A DNA stretch of 64,000 nucleotides, taken from the IMG/VR virus record IMGVR_UViG_3300031911_000002, positions 11,956-75,955 of that record. The stretch is one strand, 5' to 3'. Position numbers and translations under genes: made by a program. Positions within the stretch are counted from its first letter, which is position 1. The number at the start of each line of letters is the position of its first letter. This document shows, piece after piece, positions 1 through 10,059 of the stretch. The DNA is from a virus. The notes under the pieces are model-generated. The model saw only the letters and a list, made by a program, of their open reading frames with translations, searched no databases and was not told where the DNA came from.

Positions 1-390
1 GGCAACTCCGGCTCCCGGTTCTACCTGCACGCGCGCAACCTGGCGGACGCGTGGGTGTTCCTCGCGGAGCAGTACGCGGCGAACGGACCGGCCCTGTACG
101 ACGAGGGCGCGGAGCGGCCGGAGCGGTTCCACATCGTGGGGGAGCGGGAGATCTCGAACACCCGCCTGGTGCACTACGTCGGCCGGATCATGGGCCTGGA
201 CCGGTCCGAGACGGACGGCCTGATCCAGCCGGTGGGGTTCCACGCCACCCGGCCCGGTCATGATCTGCGCTACGCGCTGGACGGCTCCCTGATCGCCGGT
301 CTCGGCTGGAGCGCCCCTGTGCCATTCGACGAGGGCCTGCGGCGCACCGTGGCGTGGACCCTGGATCACCCCGAGTGGCTGGACCTCTGA
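1..390 (+). CDS. NAD-dependent epimerase/dehydratase, dTDP-glucose 4,6-dehydratase-like (5' truncated)
   Basis: Frame 1 is open from base 1 (GNSGSRFYLHARNLADA...). C-terminal RPGHDLRYALD...LGW...FDEGLRRTVAW is typical of RmlB-type enzymes. Confidence 0.8.
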   Translation, partial: GNSGSRFYLHARNLADAWVFLAEQYAANGPALYDEGAERPERFHIVGEREISNTRLVHYVGRIMGLDRSETDGLIQPVGFHATRPGHDLRYALDGSLIAGLGWSAPVPFDEGLRRTVAWTLDHPEWLDL

Positions 391-410
391 CGGGTTTGGG
401 GATCTCCCGG

Positions 411-420
411 TTTAGGTAAA
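411..420. promoter_or_regulatory. TTTA-NN-TAAA operator-like palindrome (first of about 12 copies)
   Basis: TTTAGGTAAA, intergenic. Other copies are listed in findings. Confidence 0.6.
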
Positions 421-553
421 TACCCCTCAGAGTGACGTCGGACCGCAGGATGGCGATGGGTCTGCGGCCCGACGTCCGGCGCCCTCCGCCCGGCCGGGTC
501 GTGGGTCCCCGGCGACGGGGGAGGGCGCCCTCCAACCGTGACCAAGGACCAGG

Positions 554-1375
554 ATGCCCAGCGAAGCCATGAACACTCCTCCTGAACGTCCGTATCTCTC
601 GCCCCTGGAGCGCCGGTACCTCTGGCTGCTGACCCAGGGCCACACCGTGGGCGAGGCCGAGAAGATCCTCGGTATAGGGCGCACGCCCACCCTCGGGATG
701 CGGGTCCGGGACAAGCTGGGGGCCGCGACCACGGCCCAGGCCACGTACAGGGCGGCCGTCCTCCAGCTGGTGGGCCCGGATCCCGAATGCGGCACGATGA
801 CCGGCTACCGCAGGCACAAGGGGCGCCAGGAGGACGTCTGCGAGGCGTGCCGTACGGAGTTCACCAGCTTCGTGGACCGGACCGGAGGTCTGTCGGCCCA
901 CCGTCGGCCGCAGCTCACGGAACCGGAGCTGTACCTGCTGCGCGCGTTCGACGCGGGCGCCAACTACAAAGCCCTGGCGCAGCGGTGGCGGATCAGCACC
1001 CGGACCCTGGACAAGGTGCGGGCCAGCCTGTACCGGAAGCTGGACGTCCTGCACCACCCGCTGAAGGCACGCCGACAGGCGGCCCTGGAGGTGGGCCAGC
1101 GCCTGGGGTTCCTGCGCCCGGACCCGCTGGGGGCCCCGCCCCCGCCCCCTCCGGCCGAACCGTCCCCGCTCACCGAGCTGGAGGTGCACACTCTCGCGAC
1201 GGTCGCCGACGGGACGTCCCTGTCACAGGCGGGCCGGAAGCTGGGCATCCCCGCGTCCTCCGTGGGGTCCCGTCTCGCGAGGGTCTACATCAAGCTGGAC
1301 GTGGCGCACCACGGCCGGGGCCGGTGCCGACAGGCGGCCGTCAGGGAGGCCCGGCGCAGAGGGTACGAGGTCTGA
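554..1375 (+). CDS. Regulator with three LuxR-like HTH repeats and a Cys/His Zn-binding motif
   Basis: Repeats LSPLERRYL / LTEPELYLL / LTELEVHTL, with YRKLDV and YIKLDV; CGT..GY.RH....EDVCEAC motif. Confidence 0.7.
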   Translation: MPSEAMNTPPERPYLSPLERRYLWLLTQGHTVGEAEKILGIGRTPTLGMRVRDKLGAATTAQATYRAAVLQLVGPDPECGTMTGYRRHKGRQEDVCEACRTEFTSFVDRTGGLSAHRRPQLTEPELYLLRAFDAGANYKALAQRWRISTRTLDKVRASLYRKLDVLHHPLKARRQAALEVGQRLGFLRPDPLGAPPPPPPAEPSPLTELEVHTLATVADGTSLSQAGRKLGIPASSVGSRLARVYIKLDVAHHGRGRCRQAAVREARRRGYEV

Positions 1376-1414
1376 CCGAGCGCAGCCCCGGCGGCCGTGG
1401 GGCATACTCCCGGC

Positions 1415-2806
1415 ATGGGTGATCTACAGCGTGCGGGAAGCCTGGCAGCGGACCTGCTGGCGCACCATGCCCGTCTCGCCACCCAGCCCCGGTGGACGCC
1501 TCTGGCCCACCAGGTGCCCCCGCCGGGGGACTGGTACGGGTGGCTGCTGCTCGCCGGACGAGGCGCAGGCAAGACCGACGCCTGTGCGCGCTACGTGCAC
1601 GAGCACGTCAGCGGACCGCCCTGCCTCCCCGGACCCGTCCCCCACTGGGTCGGCATCATCGCCCCGACCCTGGGGGACGCGGCGACGTCCTGCTTCAGCG
1701 GGCCCTCGGGACTCAGCGCCCACAGCCCCGGCGCCAAGATGATCACGTCCCCCGGCGGCACGATCGTCAAGTGGCCCAACGGCTCCATCGCCAAGCTGTT
1801 CGGCGCCAACACCGAGGAGCAGACCGAACGTCTGCGCTCCGGAGGCAACCGGTGCCTGGCGTGGCTGGAGGAGATGGCCGCGTGGCGCTACCTCGACGAC
1901 ACCTGGGCCCAGATGCGGTTCGGTCTGCGCTCCGGTCCCCGGCCGCACTGGGTGGCCTCCACCACGCCCAAGCCCCGCCCCCTGATCAAGAAGCTGGCAA
2001 CCGGCGGCGTGCGCAGCGTGGTGCTCACCAAGGCGTCCATGTACGACAACCCCCACCTGCCGGAGCACATCCGGGACGCACTCCTGGAGGAGTACGAGGG
2101 CACCGACCTCGGCCGCCAGGAGCTGATGGCCGAGATCCTCGACGAGGACAGCAACGCGCTGTGGACCCGCGAGTGGCTCAGCCGGTCCCGGCTTTCGGTC
2201 ACGGACCTGGAGCGGATCAAGCTGTCCCGGATCACGGTGGGGGTCGACCCGTCCGGCGGCGCCGGGGAGCAGGGCATCGTCGTCGTCGGCAAGGCGATGC
2301 AGGACCACGTCCGTACGCGCACCGTGCAGGGCGAGGAGCGTGAGACCAGGACCTCCCTGGCCCACGGGTACGTCCTCGGGGACCGCACCGTGCACCTCAA
2401 GCCGGAGGGCTGGGGCCGGGCGGCCGTCCTCGCCGCCAAGGAGTTCGACGCCGACGACATCGCCGTGGAGATCAACTTCGGCGGAGAGATGGCCGTCTCT
2501 ACCATCCGGGCCGCAGCCGACGCGGAGGGCATGAACATCCCGATCAGGATCGTGCGCGCGACACGGGGCAAGGTGGTCCGGGCGCAGCCCGTCAGCGCGC
2601 TCACGGCGCAGAACCGCTGGCACATGGTGGGGACGCACCAGGCTCTGGAGGACCAGCTCTGCACCTGGTACCCGGAGCTGGACTGGAGCCCCGACCGGCT
2701 GGACGCGATGGTGTGGCCCGCGTGGCACAACCGGATCGTCAAGCTGACCGGCACCGTGGCCCAGGGCGGGGGCGGCATGTCGCAGATGGCGCGTACGCTG
2801 GGTTAA
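1415..2806 (+). CDS. Terminase large subunit
   Basis: Walker A AGRGAGKT, Walker B AWLEE, STTPKP, nuclease motifs VGVDPS and SPDRLDA. CATACT 6 nt before ATG 1415 suggests a leaderless start. Confidence 0.92.
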   Translation: MGDLQRAGSLAADLLAHHARLATQPRWTPLAHQVPPPGDWYGWLLLAGRGAGKTDACARYVHEHVSGPPCLPGPVPHWVGIIAPTLGDAATSCFSGPSGLSAHSPGAKMITSPGGTIVKWPNGSIAKLFGANTEEQTERLRSGGNRCLAWLEEMAAWRYLDDTWAQMRFGLRSGPRPHWVASTTPKPRPLIKKLATGGVRSVVLTKASMYDNPHLPEHIRDALLEEYEGTDLGRQELMAEILDEDSNALWTREWLSRSRLSVTDLERIKLSRITVGVDPSGGAGEQGIVVVGKAMQDHVRTRTVQGEERETRTSLAHGYVLGDRTVHLKPEGWGRAAVLAAKEFDADDIAVEINFGGEMAVSTIRAAADAEGMNIPIRIVRATRGKVVRAQPVSALTAQNRWHMVGTHQALEDQLCTWYPELDWSPDRLDAMVWPAWHNRIVKLTGTVAQGGGGMSQMARTLG

Positions 2807-2815
2807 CGTAAACCC

Positions 2816-2995
2816 ATGCCTCTCACCCTCACGCTCGCCCTGGTCATCTTCGGAGCGGGTCTCCTGATCGGCCGGAAGCAGCCCATGGTGCTCGCGGCGG
2901 CCGTGGCGCTCGCCCTCGGTCTCTCCATCGCCGACGAACCGGCCGGAGTGTTCGTGCATACTCTGCTCGACGGGGCAGCCCGTCTCGTCCTGTAA
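2816..2995 (+). CDS. Small membrane protein (59 aa)
   Basis: Manually translated hydrophobic ORF MPLTLTLALVIFGAGLLIG... fills the intergenic gap. Confidence 0.55.
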   Translation: MPLTLTLALVIFGAGLLIGRKQPMVLAAAVALALGLSIADEPAGVFVHTLLDGAARLVL

Positions 2996-3012
2996 CCTCC
3001 GGGAGGACTTCC

Positions 3013-3375
3013 ATGGGGAAGATCTACGGCCGCGAACCGGCCGTCTGGCTGGGTGCGCTCGGCGCGCTGTGGCAGATCCTGTCCGCGTTCGGGCTCAACT
3101 TTGACCCGATGCTCCAGTCCGTCGTCACCGCTGCCGTCTCGACCCTGTTCGGCTTCATCGTCGCCGTGCAGGTGCACGACGGGATCTTCGCTGCGCTCAC
3201 GGGCCTGATCACCGCCGGTACGTCCCTCGTCTCGTACTTCGCCCTGGACTGGTCCTCCGAGACCCAGGCCAAGTTCGTCGGCGGCCTGATGATCATCCTC
3301 GGCATCTGGGTACGGGACAAGGTGGTCGCCCCGGTGCCCGCCGACGTGTCCCCTCCGGGCCGACTCGTCGCCTGA
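3013..3375 (+). CDS. Multi-pass membrane protein (holin-like)
   Basis: GGAGG RBS; about four hydrophobic segments. Confidence 0.65.
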   Translation: MGKIYGREPAVWLGALGALWQILSAFGLNFDPMLQSVVTAAVSTLFGFIVAVQVHDGIFAALTGLITAGTSLVSYFALDWSSETQAKFVGGLMIILGIWVRDKVVAPVPADVSPPGRLVA

Positions 3376-3435
3376 CCCCGAGCACGACCGGCCGGGCCCC
3401 GCGCCCGGCCGGACCCGTCCACAGATCAAGGAGCC

Positions 3436-3855
3436 GTGTCCATGCACATGACCCTCACCCTGGTGGTGCTGGTCCTCGCGTCCTACCGCCTCACCCGGCT
3501 CGTCGTCCGGGACACCTTCCCTCCCGTGCTGTGGCTGCGTGACCGCCTCGCCGGAGGATGGCGCCCTCTCACCGACCTGGAGCAGCACACCCTTCACACC
3601 CTGCGGGGGTCTCCGAAGCACGCGGAGCTGAAGACGGTCTGGGCCGTCGACGGGGAGCAGCGGTACGTCTACCGCTGGAAGTACTCGCCGTTCTGGCTCG
3701 CTGAGCTGATCACCTGCCCCTGGTGCGCCAGCGCGTACGTCTCCGGCGCCGTGGTCGCCGGAACCTGGTGGACCGTGGGCCTGCCGGTCCCGGTCCTGCT
3801 GTGGCCCGCCGTCTGGGGCGGAGCCGCTCTGATCGCCTCACAGGAGTGGGCATGA
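3436..3855 (+). CDS. DUF1360-like membrane protein
   Basis: ASYRLTRLVVRDTFP and LITCPWCAS motifs. Confidence 0.7.
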   Translation: MSMHMTLTLVVLVLASYRLTRLVVRDTFPPVLWLRDRLAGGWRPLTDLEQHTLHTLRGSPKHAELKTVWAVDGEQRYVYRWKYSPFWLAELITCPWCASAYVSGAVVAGTWWTVGLPVPVLLWPAVWGGAALIASQEWA

Positions 3856-4355
3856 GCCTGTACATTTGTTCCCTCGCCAACAACAACCGCCGGACCATCC
3901 CGCCCCGCAAGTGGGTCACGGTCCCGTTCCCGTACACCACCCCTCCCACCTCGTACGACGCCTGGGAGATGCACCGGCCCTCCCAGCCCGGAGGCGTGGT
4001 CTCCACGTACCCGGACCGGTACTCCGCCCTGATCCACCCGCAGGCGGACGGGTGGGGCACGCTGGAGGGCCACGTGGAGTTCGAGGAGGGGGACTACACC
4101 GAGATCCGCACCCGGTTCGTCCGGGACCCCTACGGGGACGGGGAGAAGTCCAACGACACCACGAACACCGAGCACCACGCGCCGTCCCCCGGCATGCAGT
4201 TCTTCACCGTGCTGCACAAGCTGTTCGTCCACCCCGGCGTACCGGTGGCGTTCATGGTCTACGTCGGAGGCGACGAGGGGGCCGTGCTGACCTACAGCCA
4301 GCTCAAGCTGGAAGTGGACGACGACGTGGCGGTGCCGACCGGGGAGGGGAGCTGA
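3852..4355 (+). CDS. Hypothetical protein
   Basis: ATGA overlap with the upstream gene; coding-like codon usage. Confidence 0.6.
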   Translation: MSLYICSLANNNRRTIPPRKWVTVPFPYTTPPTSYDAWEMHRPSQPGGVVSTYPDRYSALIHPQADGWGTLEGHVEFEEGDYTEIRTRFVRDPYGDGEKSNDTTNTEHHAPSPGMQFFTVLHKLFVHPGVPVAFMVYVGGDEGAVLTYSQLKLEVDDDVAVPTGEGS

Positions 4356-4356
4356 C

Positions 4357-4467
4357 GTGCCGGACTGGGCCGCGTACGCGATCGGCGCCGTCCTCGGGGC
4401 CGTAGCGGGCATGGGGTCCGGCTACCTGCTGCTGGTCTGGTACCTCACCCGGAGGCACAGCACATGA
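4357..4467 (+). CDS. Small single-pass membrane protein (36 aa)
   Basis: GGAGGGGAG RBS; MPDWAAYAIGAVLGAV...; ATGA overlap with the next gene. Confidence 0.5.
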   Translation: MPDWAAYAIGAVLGAVAGMGSGYLLLVWYLTRRHST

Positions 4468-4982
4468 TTCCCGTCCTGAACAGCCCGTCGGCCCCCTACG
4501 CCCACCTGCTCCTGAGGTCCCGGAACGCCGGGGCGCCCCCCTGGTTCGACCGGGCCGTGAAGGCACTGTGGGACGCCGGGGTGCAGACCGGAGCCGACCC
4601 GGTCGTCCTCGTCGCGCAGTGCGCCCTGGAGACGAACTGGGGCCGGTTCGGAGGCGCCGTGGACGCGACCTTCAACAACACCTGTGGCCTCAAGACCGTG
4701 GACGCCTCAGGCGACCGCCCCGAGGACCACCAGAGGTTCCCTGCGGACGCGGCCGGACGGCCGTGGCTGGGGGCCCTCGCGCACGCGCACCACCTCCGGC
4801 TGTACTGTGGGCTGCCGGTCCCGGCCGACTCCCCCGACCCCCGCGCCCGGTTCATCGCCCCCGGCTCCGTCAACTTCGGGTCCGTGCTGTACGTAGAGGA
4901 TCTCGGCGGCAAGTGGGCTCCGGCCGCCGACTACGGGGTGCGGGCCGCCCGTATCGTGACAACGGTCCTTACGCCGACGTAG
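4464..4982 (+). CDS. Glucosaminidase (GH73-like) cell-wall hydrolase
   Basis: VLVAQCALETNWG...FNNTCGLK and KWAP...YG motifs. Confidence 0.7.
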   Translation: MIPVLNSPSAPYAHLLLRSRNAGAPPWFDRAVKALWDAGVQTGADPVVLVAQCALETNWGRFGGAVDATFNNTCGLKTVDASGDRPEDHQRFPADAAGRPWLGALAHAHHLRLYCGLPVPADSPDPRARFIAPGSVNFGSVLYVEDLGGKWAPAADYGVRAARIVTTVLTPT

Positions 4983-5012
4983 CCTGAGCCAGGGCACCGC
5001 ACCCTGCCCCGG

Positions 5013-5049
5013 AAGCCCCGCCACGCCACCTCGTCCGGCGGGGCTTTCT
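5013..5049 (+). terminator. Putative intrinsic terminator
   Basis: AAGCCCCGCC...GGCGGGGCTT inverted repeat followed by TCT. Confidence 0.55.
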
Positions 5050-5115
5050 GCTGTCCGGGAGGTCCGCAGCGTTCCGGCCGGTACCATGCCCCCGAGATCA
5101 CGTCGGGAGGTCGCT

Positions 5116-6963
5116 GTGGGTCTGCTCAGTGCCATCGCACGACCGGGGCAGCGGTCCCTGGTCGCGTCCGCCGCGCCCCTGTCCGTCCCGGAAGCGCTGA
5201 CGGCCGCTGCCGCGCCTCCACGGGGCCCCGGCGCGCAGTTCATCCGTCACACCGAGAAGTGGCAGGACGAGGTCTGGCGGTACTACGACTCCCTGGGGGA
5301 GTTCAACTACGGGATCTGGTGGCTGAGCAACATGCTCTCCCGCGTCCGGCTCCGGGCGGGCAAGCTCCAGCCCGACACCGACGAGCCGGAGATCCAGACG
5401 GAGGGCCCTGCGGCGGAGCTGATGATGCGCCTCGGGGGAGGCGTCGGCGGCCAGGCGCAGCTCATGAAGCGGTTCACGGTGCAGCTCCAGATCCCCGGCG
5501 AGGGGTACCTGATCGGGGAGCAGGACGGCACGCGGGAGCGCTGGCAGGTCCGGTCCGTGGACGAGATCCGGGCGCAGTCCGGGACGTACTACGTCATGGA
5601 CGAGACGAGCGTCAACGCCGGTCAGGACTGGAGGCCGATCGCAGCCGACTCCCTGGTCACCCGCGTCTGGCGCCCGCACGACCGGTACTTCCACCTGGCC
5701 GACTCCCCGGCCCGCAGCGCGCGGGAGATCATGCGGGAGCTGGAGCTGGTCAACAGGAAGATCGCAGCGGAGTACCTCAGCCGCCTCGCGTCCGCCGGTC
5801 TCATCGGCATCCCCGACGACATCACGTTCCCTGTACGTGAGGAGTTCGCAGACGCCCCCAACCCCCTGGTGTCGGAGTTCATCGAGGTGGCCGCAGAGGC
5901 TATCCAAAAGCCCGGCACCGCGTCCTCCGTCATCCCCATCCCGGTCGTCGGTCCGGCTGATTCCATCGCTGCGATCCGGCACATTGACTTCACGCTGAAG
6001 ATCGATGAGACGATCATCGAAAAGCGGGAGAGCGCGATCAAGCGGCTGGCCACCAAGCTGGACATGCCCGCAGAGATCCTCCTCGGGATGGGCGACGTCA
6101 ACCACTGGGGGGCGTGGCAGCTGGAGGAGGGCGCGCTGAAGACCCACATCGCCCCTGTGGCCGAGCTGATCTGCGACTCCCTGACGCGCGGGTACCTCCA
6201 GCCCCGTCTGGAGGCGTCCGGCGAGGACGCCACGGACTATGTCGTCTGGTACGACATGAGCGAGCTGGCGCTGCGCCCCGACCGCAGCGAGAACGCCAAG
6301 GAGGCGTACGACCGGCTGGAGATCTCCGGCTCCGCCCTGCGCCGTGAGCTGGGGTTCGATGAGGACGACAAGCCCGACGACGAGGAGCTGACCGAGCAGG
6401 CCCTCAAGGTCATCATCCACACCCTCCCCTCCGGCGCCGCGTCCGCACTGGCGCAGCTCACCGGCAAGGCCGTCCAGCCGATCGTCCCGGTGTCCCCGCA
6501 GGATCCGGGGACGGCCGAGGCGGTGCAGGAGGGCAACACGCCCCCGCCCGGCGGAGCGGCCGGGCAGAGCGCACCCGAGAAGCAGCCTCCCGCTGCTCAG
6601 GAGAGCCCCGCAACCGGTCCTCCACCCGAACCCCAGGGGGCGGGCCCGTCGGCCGCAGAGAGGGCAGCCCGTGCCCGTCTGCTGATCCAGCAGGCGCAGA
6701 CTCAGCACGTCGTCCGCTTCACCGTGGGGGACAAGAGGTGGGAGCTGCTCCACCCGCAGCTCTGCCACGACCACGAATACTCGTGCCCCTACACCCACGC
6801 CGTCAGCCGGGACGCCCCTGTCGTCCGGCCGGGGTCGAGCGGGACCTACCTGTGCCACCTGGACGCGTTCGGCCGCCTGGCGGTCGACGGCCGGGCCCCC
6901 TACCTCGACACCCACGGCCTGATCAGCACGCGGCTCGTCCCGGCGGTGAACGGCCGTGGCTGA
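5116..6963 (+). CDS. Portal protein
   Basis: Position after terminase, size about 615 aa, actinophage portal-like motifs (WRPH, EILLGMGDVNHWGAW); GGGAGG RBS before GTG 5116. Confidence 0.85.
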   Translation: MGLLSAIARPGQRSLVASAAPLSVPEALTAAAAPPRGPGAQFIRHTEKWQDEVWRYYDSLGEFNYGIWWLSNMLSRVRLRAGKLQPDTDEPEIQTEGPAAELMMRLGGGVGGQAQLMKRFTVQLQIPGEGYLIGEQDGTRERWQVRSVDEIRAQSGTYYVMDETSVNAGQDWRPIAADSLVTRVWRPHDRYFHLADSPARSAREIMRELELVNRKIAAEYLSRLASAGLIGIPDDITFPVREEFADAPNPLVSEFIEVAAEAIQKPGTASSVIPIPVVGPADSIAAIRHIDFTLKIDETIIEKRESAIKRLATKLDMPAEILLGMGDVNHWGAWQLEEGALKTHIAPVAELICDSLTRGYLQPRLEASGEDATDYVVWYDMSELALRPDRSENAKEAYDRLEISGSALRRELGFDEDDKPDDEELTEQALKVIIHTLPSGAASALAQLTGKAVQPIVPVSPQDPGTAEAVQEGNTPPPGGAAGQSAPEKQPPAAQESPATGPPPEPQGAGPSAAERAARARLLIQQAQTQHVVRFTVGDKRWELLHPQLCHDHEYSCPYTHAVSRDAPVVRPGSSGTYLCHLDAFGRLAVDGRAPYLDTHGLISTRLVPAVNGRG

Positions 6964-9900
6964 GACGTTCCACCGCCGGGGGCACCACAGCCAGCGGGCC
7001 CACGGCCGCCGGGTCAGCCTCGCGACCGACACCAGCCACACCCAGGGCGGGATGATCGCGCTCATGCCGTCGGCGGCCGACGCGAAACGTCTCGCGCTCC
7101 CCGGCGGAGAGCCTGCGGCGGAACTGCACTGCACGCTGTTCTACCTCGGGGATGACGGCAGCGTCTGGGACGAGGACCAGCGAAACGAACTGGAGGCCCT
7201 GGTCCGCGCCCGCGTGGAGGAACTGCCCCCGGTCCCGGCACGGGTGTTCGGCGTGGCGCACTGGAACGGGGACGGCGACAAGCCGTCCTGGGTGTGGTCC
7301 GTGGGGGACGACCCGGAGGCCGGTCTGACCGACACCTGCCTGGAGGAGGTGCGGGCCGACGTCACGGACGCACTGGAGTCCACGCACGAGCGGCCGGAAC
7401 TGCCCGTGCAGCACAGCCCGTGGGTGGCCCACATCTGCGCCGCCTACGACAGCGACCTCACTCTGATGCGCGCCCTGGAGAAACGGATCGGCCCCGTTAC
7501 GTTCGACCGGGTCCGGCTCAGCTTCGGGGACGACGACCGGGACATCCCCCTTGGAGGTACAGCCGTCAGCCTCACCGCTTCCGCCTTGCGCCGGGACCCG
7601 CTGGATCACGAGTCGTTCTGTGACTTCGCCGAGCACAACCGGCAGTGGGAGAACGCCGTGTCGGCCGCGACCGGCCGCATGATCAGTGTCTACGCCGGGT
7701 GGCGCACCTGGATCTCCGAGCAGATCAAGGCCGGAGCCGACACCCCGGAGGAGCTGGCTGCGCTCACCCTCGGTCCGGAGCAGGGCGTGGACCAGGCGGC
7801 CGAGATGCTCGCAGAGGCCATGACCGACCTCGCGCGCCGGGCGGGACAGGCGCTCCAGCGCGAGGCGGAGCGCCAGGGAGTTGCCGTGCCGGAGTGGAGC
7901 CTGCCGGAGGACGCCGTCACGGCGGCCGTCGGCGGCCGGAGGCTGATCTCCTCCGTGGCGCGCATGACGGCGGACCTGATGGCCACCTCGGTGGTCCAGA
8001 CGGCCAAGCGGGTCGTCACGGGACTGTTCACGCGGGACGCTCCTCCCAAGCAGATCGCTGACGAGGTCGACCGCGTCCTGGCGGACAGCCAGGACAGCCT
8101 GATCAAGTCTCAGATCGGAACGGCGATGAGCACCGCGCAGACGGCCGGGCGTCAGGCGGTCCTGGAGGCCGCTTCTCCGGGGGAGTACTACGCCTCCGAG
8201 ATGCTCGACAAGAACACCTGCTCCCCCTGCAAGGCCGTGGACGGCGAGCAGTTCGGTTCGCTGGAGATCGCGATCAAGGCGTACCCCGTCATGGGGTACA
8301 AGGACTGCATCGGCCCTCGTTACGGCAACTCGTGCCGGGGGATGATCGTGGCCCGGTGGACGCCGGGGGAGACCGGCGACGAGGACGAGCCAGAGGCGCA
8401 GACCGCCTCAGCCGCTACCATGCGCGCAGACGCCGAGATGATCGGGGAGGGCACCGTGCCCTGGCACACCGTGAAGGACCACTCCGAGTGCGACGGCGGA
8501 TGGGCCGTCGTCAAGGACTCCGACGGGTCCGTGGCGGGGTGCCACGACTCCAAGGCGGACGCCGACAAGCAGATGGCCGCCCTGTACGCGAACGAAGGAG
8601 ACAGCGCCGTGACGACAGAAGCTCTCCGCCGGGGTGAGCCCAGCGAGGGGACCAAGAAGGACAAGAGGCTCAAGGAGAACAAGTACGGCGACGGCATGGA
8701 GCACGACTGCCCGCCGGGGATGGAGCCGGACCAGCAGACCGGCAAGTGCGTGGAGATGTCCGGCACGAGCCAGGCCCTGGAGGTACAGGGACCGGCGCCG
8801 GAGGACATCGGGGGCGAGAACACCGCGCCCTGGCGCGGCCCCCTGACCGTGGAGGGCATCGAGACCGGTGACGGCCGAGAGTTCGACTCCGGAGCGCTCA
8901 CGTGGGCCGACCTCCCCCTGCCCCTGCGCTGGAACAAGGAGGACAGCCACGGGGGCGAGCCCCACACCGTGGCCGTCAACGTCGGCCGGATCGACAAGAT
9001 CTGGCGCGAGGACTCCGGCCTGATCATGGGTGAGGGGCTGCTCGACCTCAGCGACGACGACGGCCGCCGGGTCCACGCCAAGATCGAGGGCAAGTTCCTG
9101 CGGGGCGTCTCGGTCGACGTCGACTCCGTCAAGGACGCCGACATGGAACTGATCTACCCGGTCACGGACCCGGACGGCGAGGACGACCCGGACCCGTTCG
9201 CGCAGCTGTTCGCCGCGCCGGAGAAGGTGGTGTTCCACCGGGGCCGGATCCGTGCGGCCACCCTCGTCGACATCCCCGCGTTCGCAGAGGCGTACATCGC
9301 CCTGCTCGGGGAGGACGGGGCCGTGGTTGCAGGCGGGGAGCCCATTGGGGCGATGCGCGCGGTGTACGGAGTCCGCACCCGGACCCTGACCGTGGAGGCG
9401 CCGGAGCGTCCTCCGGCCGACTGGTTCGCCAACCCGGACCTGTCCGTGCCGACCGGCATCACCGTGACCCCCGAGGGCCGTGTCTACGGCCACGCCGCCC
9501 TGTGGGGCACCTGCCACATCGGGCAGGCAGGGCTGTGCGTCACGCCCCCGCGCGAGGACTCGCACCCGTACTTCATGACCGGCAACGTGTGGACCGAGGA
9601 CGGCGGCTCCGCGTCCGTCGGCCAGATCACGGTCGGCACCGGGCACGCCCCGATCAACCTGGGGCACCGTGCAGCGAGCGACCACTACGACAACACGGGG
9701 TCCGCCGTGGCGGACGTCGCCGTCGGCAACGACAGCCACGGCATCTGGGTCGCCGGATCGATCCGGCCCGGATCGTCGCCCTCCCGCATCCACGAGCTGC
9801 GCGCGGCCGGTCAGGTCTCCGGGGACTGGCGCCGAATCGGCGGACAGCTGCGGCTGGTGGGCCTGCTCGCCGTGAACGTCCCCGGATTCCCGGTCCCGAA

Positions 9901-10054
9901 GCTCAGCACCACGTACGCCGGGGGCCAGCAGCTCGCCCTCGTCGCGGCGGGCATCCCGGCCCTCACGGAACAGCTCGGCGAGGATGAGCTGGACCAGTGG
10001 GCTTACGATCGGATCATGACCAAGATGGCCCAGCGAGTGCACGGAACGAGGTGA
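6956..10054 (+). CDS. 2H-phosphoesterase / MuF-like / capsid maturation protease fusion
   Basis: N-terminal LHCTLFYLG and WVAHIC (two 2H motifs); central CSPC...C...CRG MuF-like motif; C-terminal GIETGDGR, GVSVD, ATLVDIPAF, SGDWR. Confidence 0.75.
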   Translation: MAETFHRRGHHSQRAHGRRVSLATDTSHTQGGMIALMPSAADAKRLALPGGEPAAELHCTLFYLGDDGSVWDEDQRNELEALVRARVEELPPVPARVFGVAHWNGDGDKPSWVWSVGDDPEAGLTDTCLEEVRADVTDALESTHERPELPVQHSPWVAHICAAYDSDLTLMRALEKRIGPVTFDRVRLSFGDDDRDIPLGGTAVSLTASALRRDPLDHESFCDFAEHNRQWENAVSAATGRMISVYAGWRTWISEQIKAGADTPEELAALTLGPEQGVDQAAEMLAEAMTDLARRAGQALQREAERQGVAVPEWSLPEDAVTAAVGGRRLISSVARMTADLMATSVVQTAKRVVTGLFTRDAPPKQIADEVDRVLADSQDSLIKSQIGTAMSTAQTAGRQAVLEAASPGEYYASEMLDKNTCSPCKAVDGEQFGSLEIAIKAYPVMGYKDCIGPRYGNSCRGMIVARWTPGETGDEDEPEAQTASAATMRADAEMIGEGTVPWHTVKDHSECDGGWAVVKDSDGSVAGCHDSKADADKQMAALYANEGDSAVTTEALRRGEPSEGTKKDKRLKENKYGDGMEHDCPPGMEPDQQTGKCVEMSGTSQALEVQGPAPEDIGGENTAPWRGPLTVEGIETGDGREFDSGALTWADLPLPLRWNKEDSHGGEPHTVAVNVGRIDKIWREDSGLIMGEGLLDLSDDDGRRVHAKIEGKFLRGVSVDVDSVKDADMELIYPVTDPDGEDDPDPFAQLFAAPEKVVFHRGRIRAATLVDIPAFAEAYIALLGEDGAVVAGGEPIGAMRAVYGVRTRTLTVEAPERPPADWFANPDLSVPTGITVTPEGRVYGHAALWGTCHIGQAGLCVTPPREDSHPYFMTGNVWTEDGGSASVGQITVGTGHAPINLGHRAASDHYDNTGSAVADVAVGNDSHGIWVAGSIRPGSSPSRIHELRAAGQVSGDWRRIGGQLRLVGLLAVNVPGFPVPKLSTTYAGGQQLALVAAGIPALTEQLGEDELDQWAYDRIMTKMAQRVHGTR

Positions 10055-10059
10055 TCATC

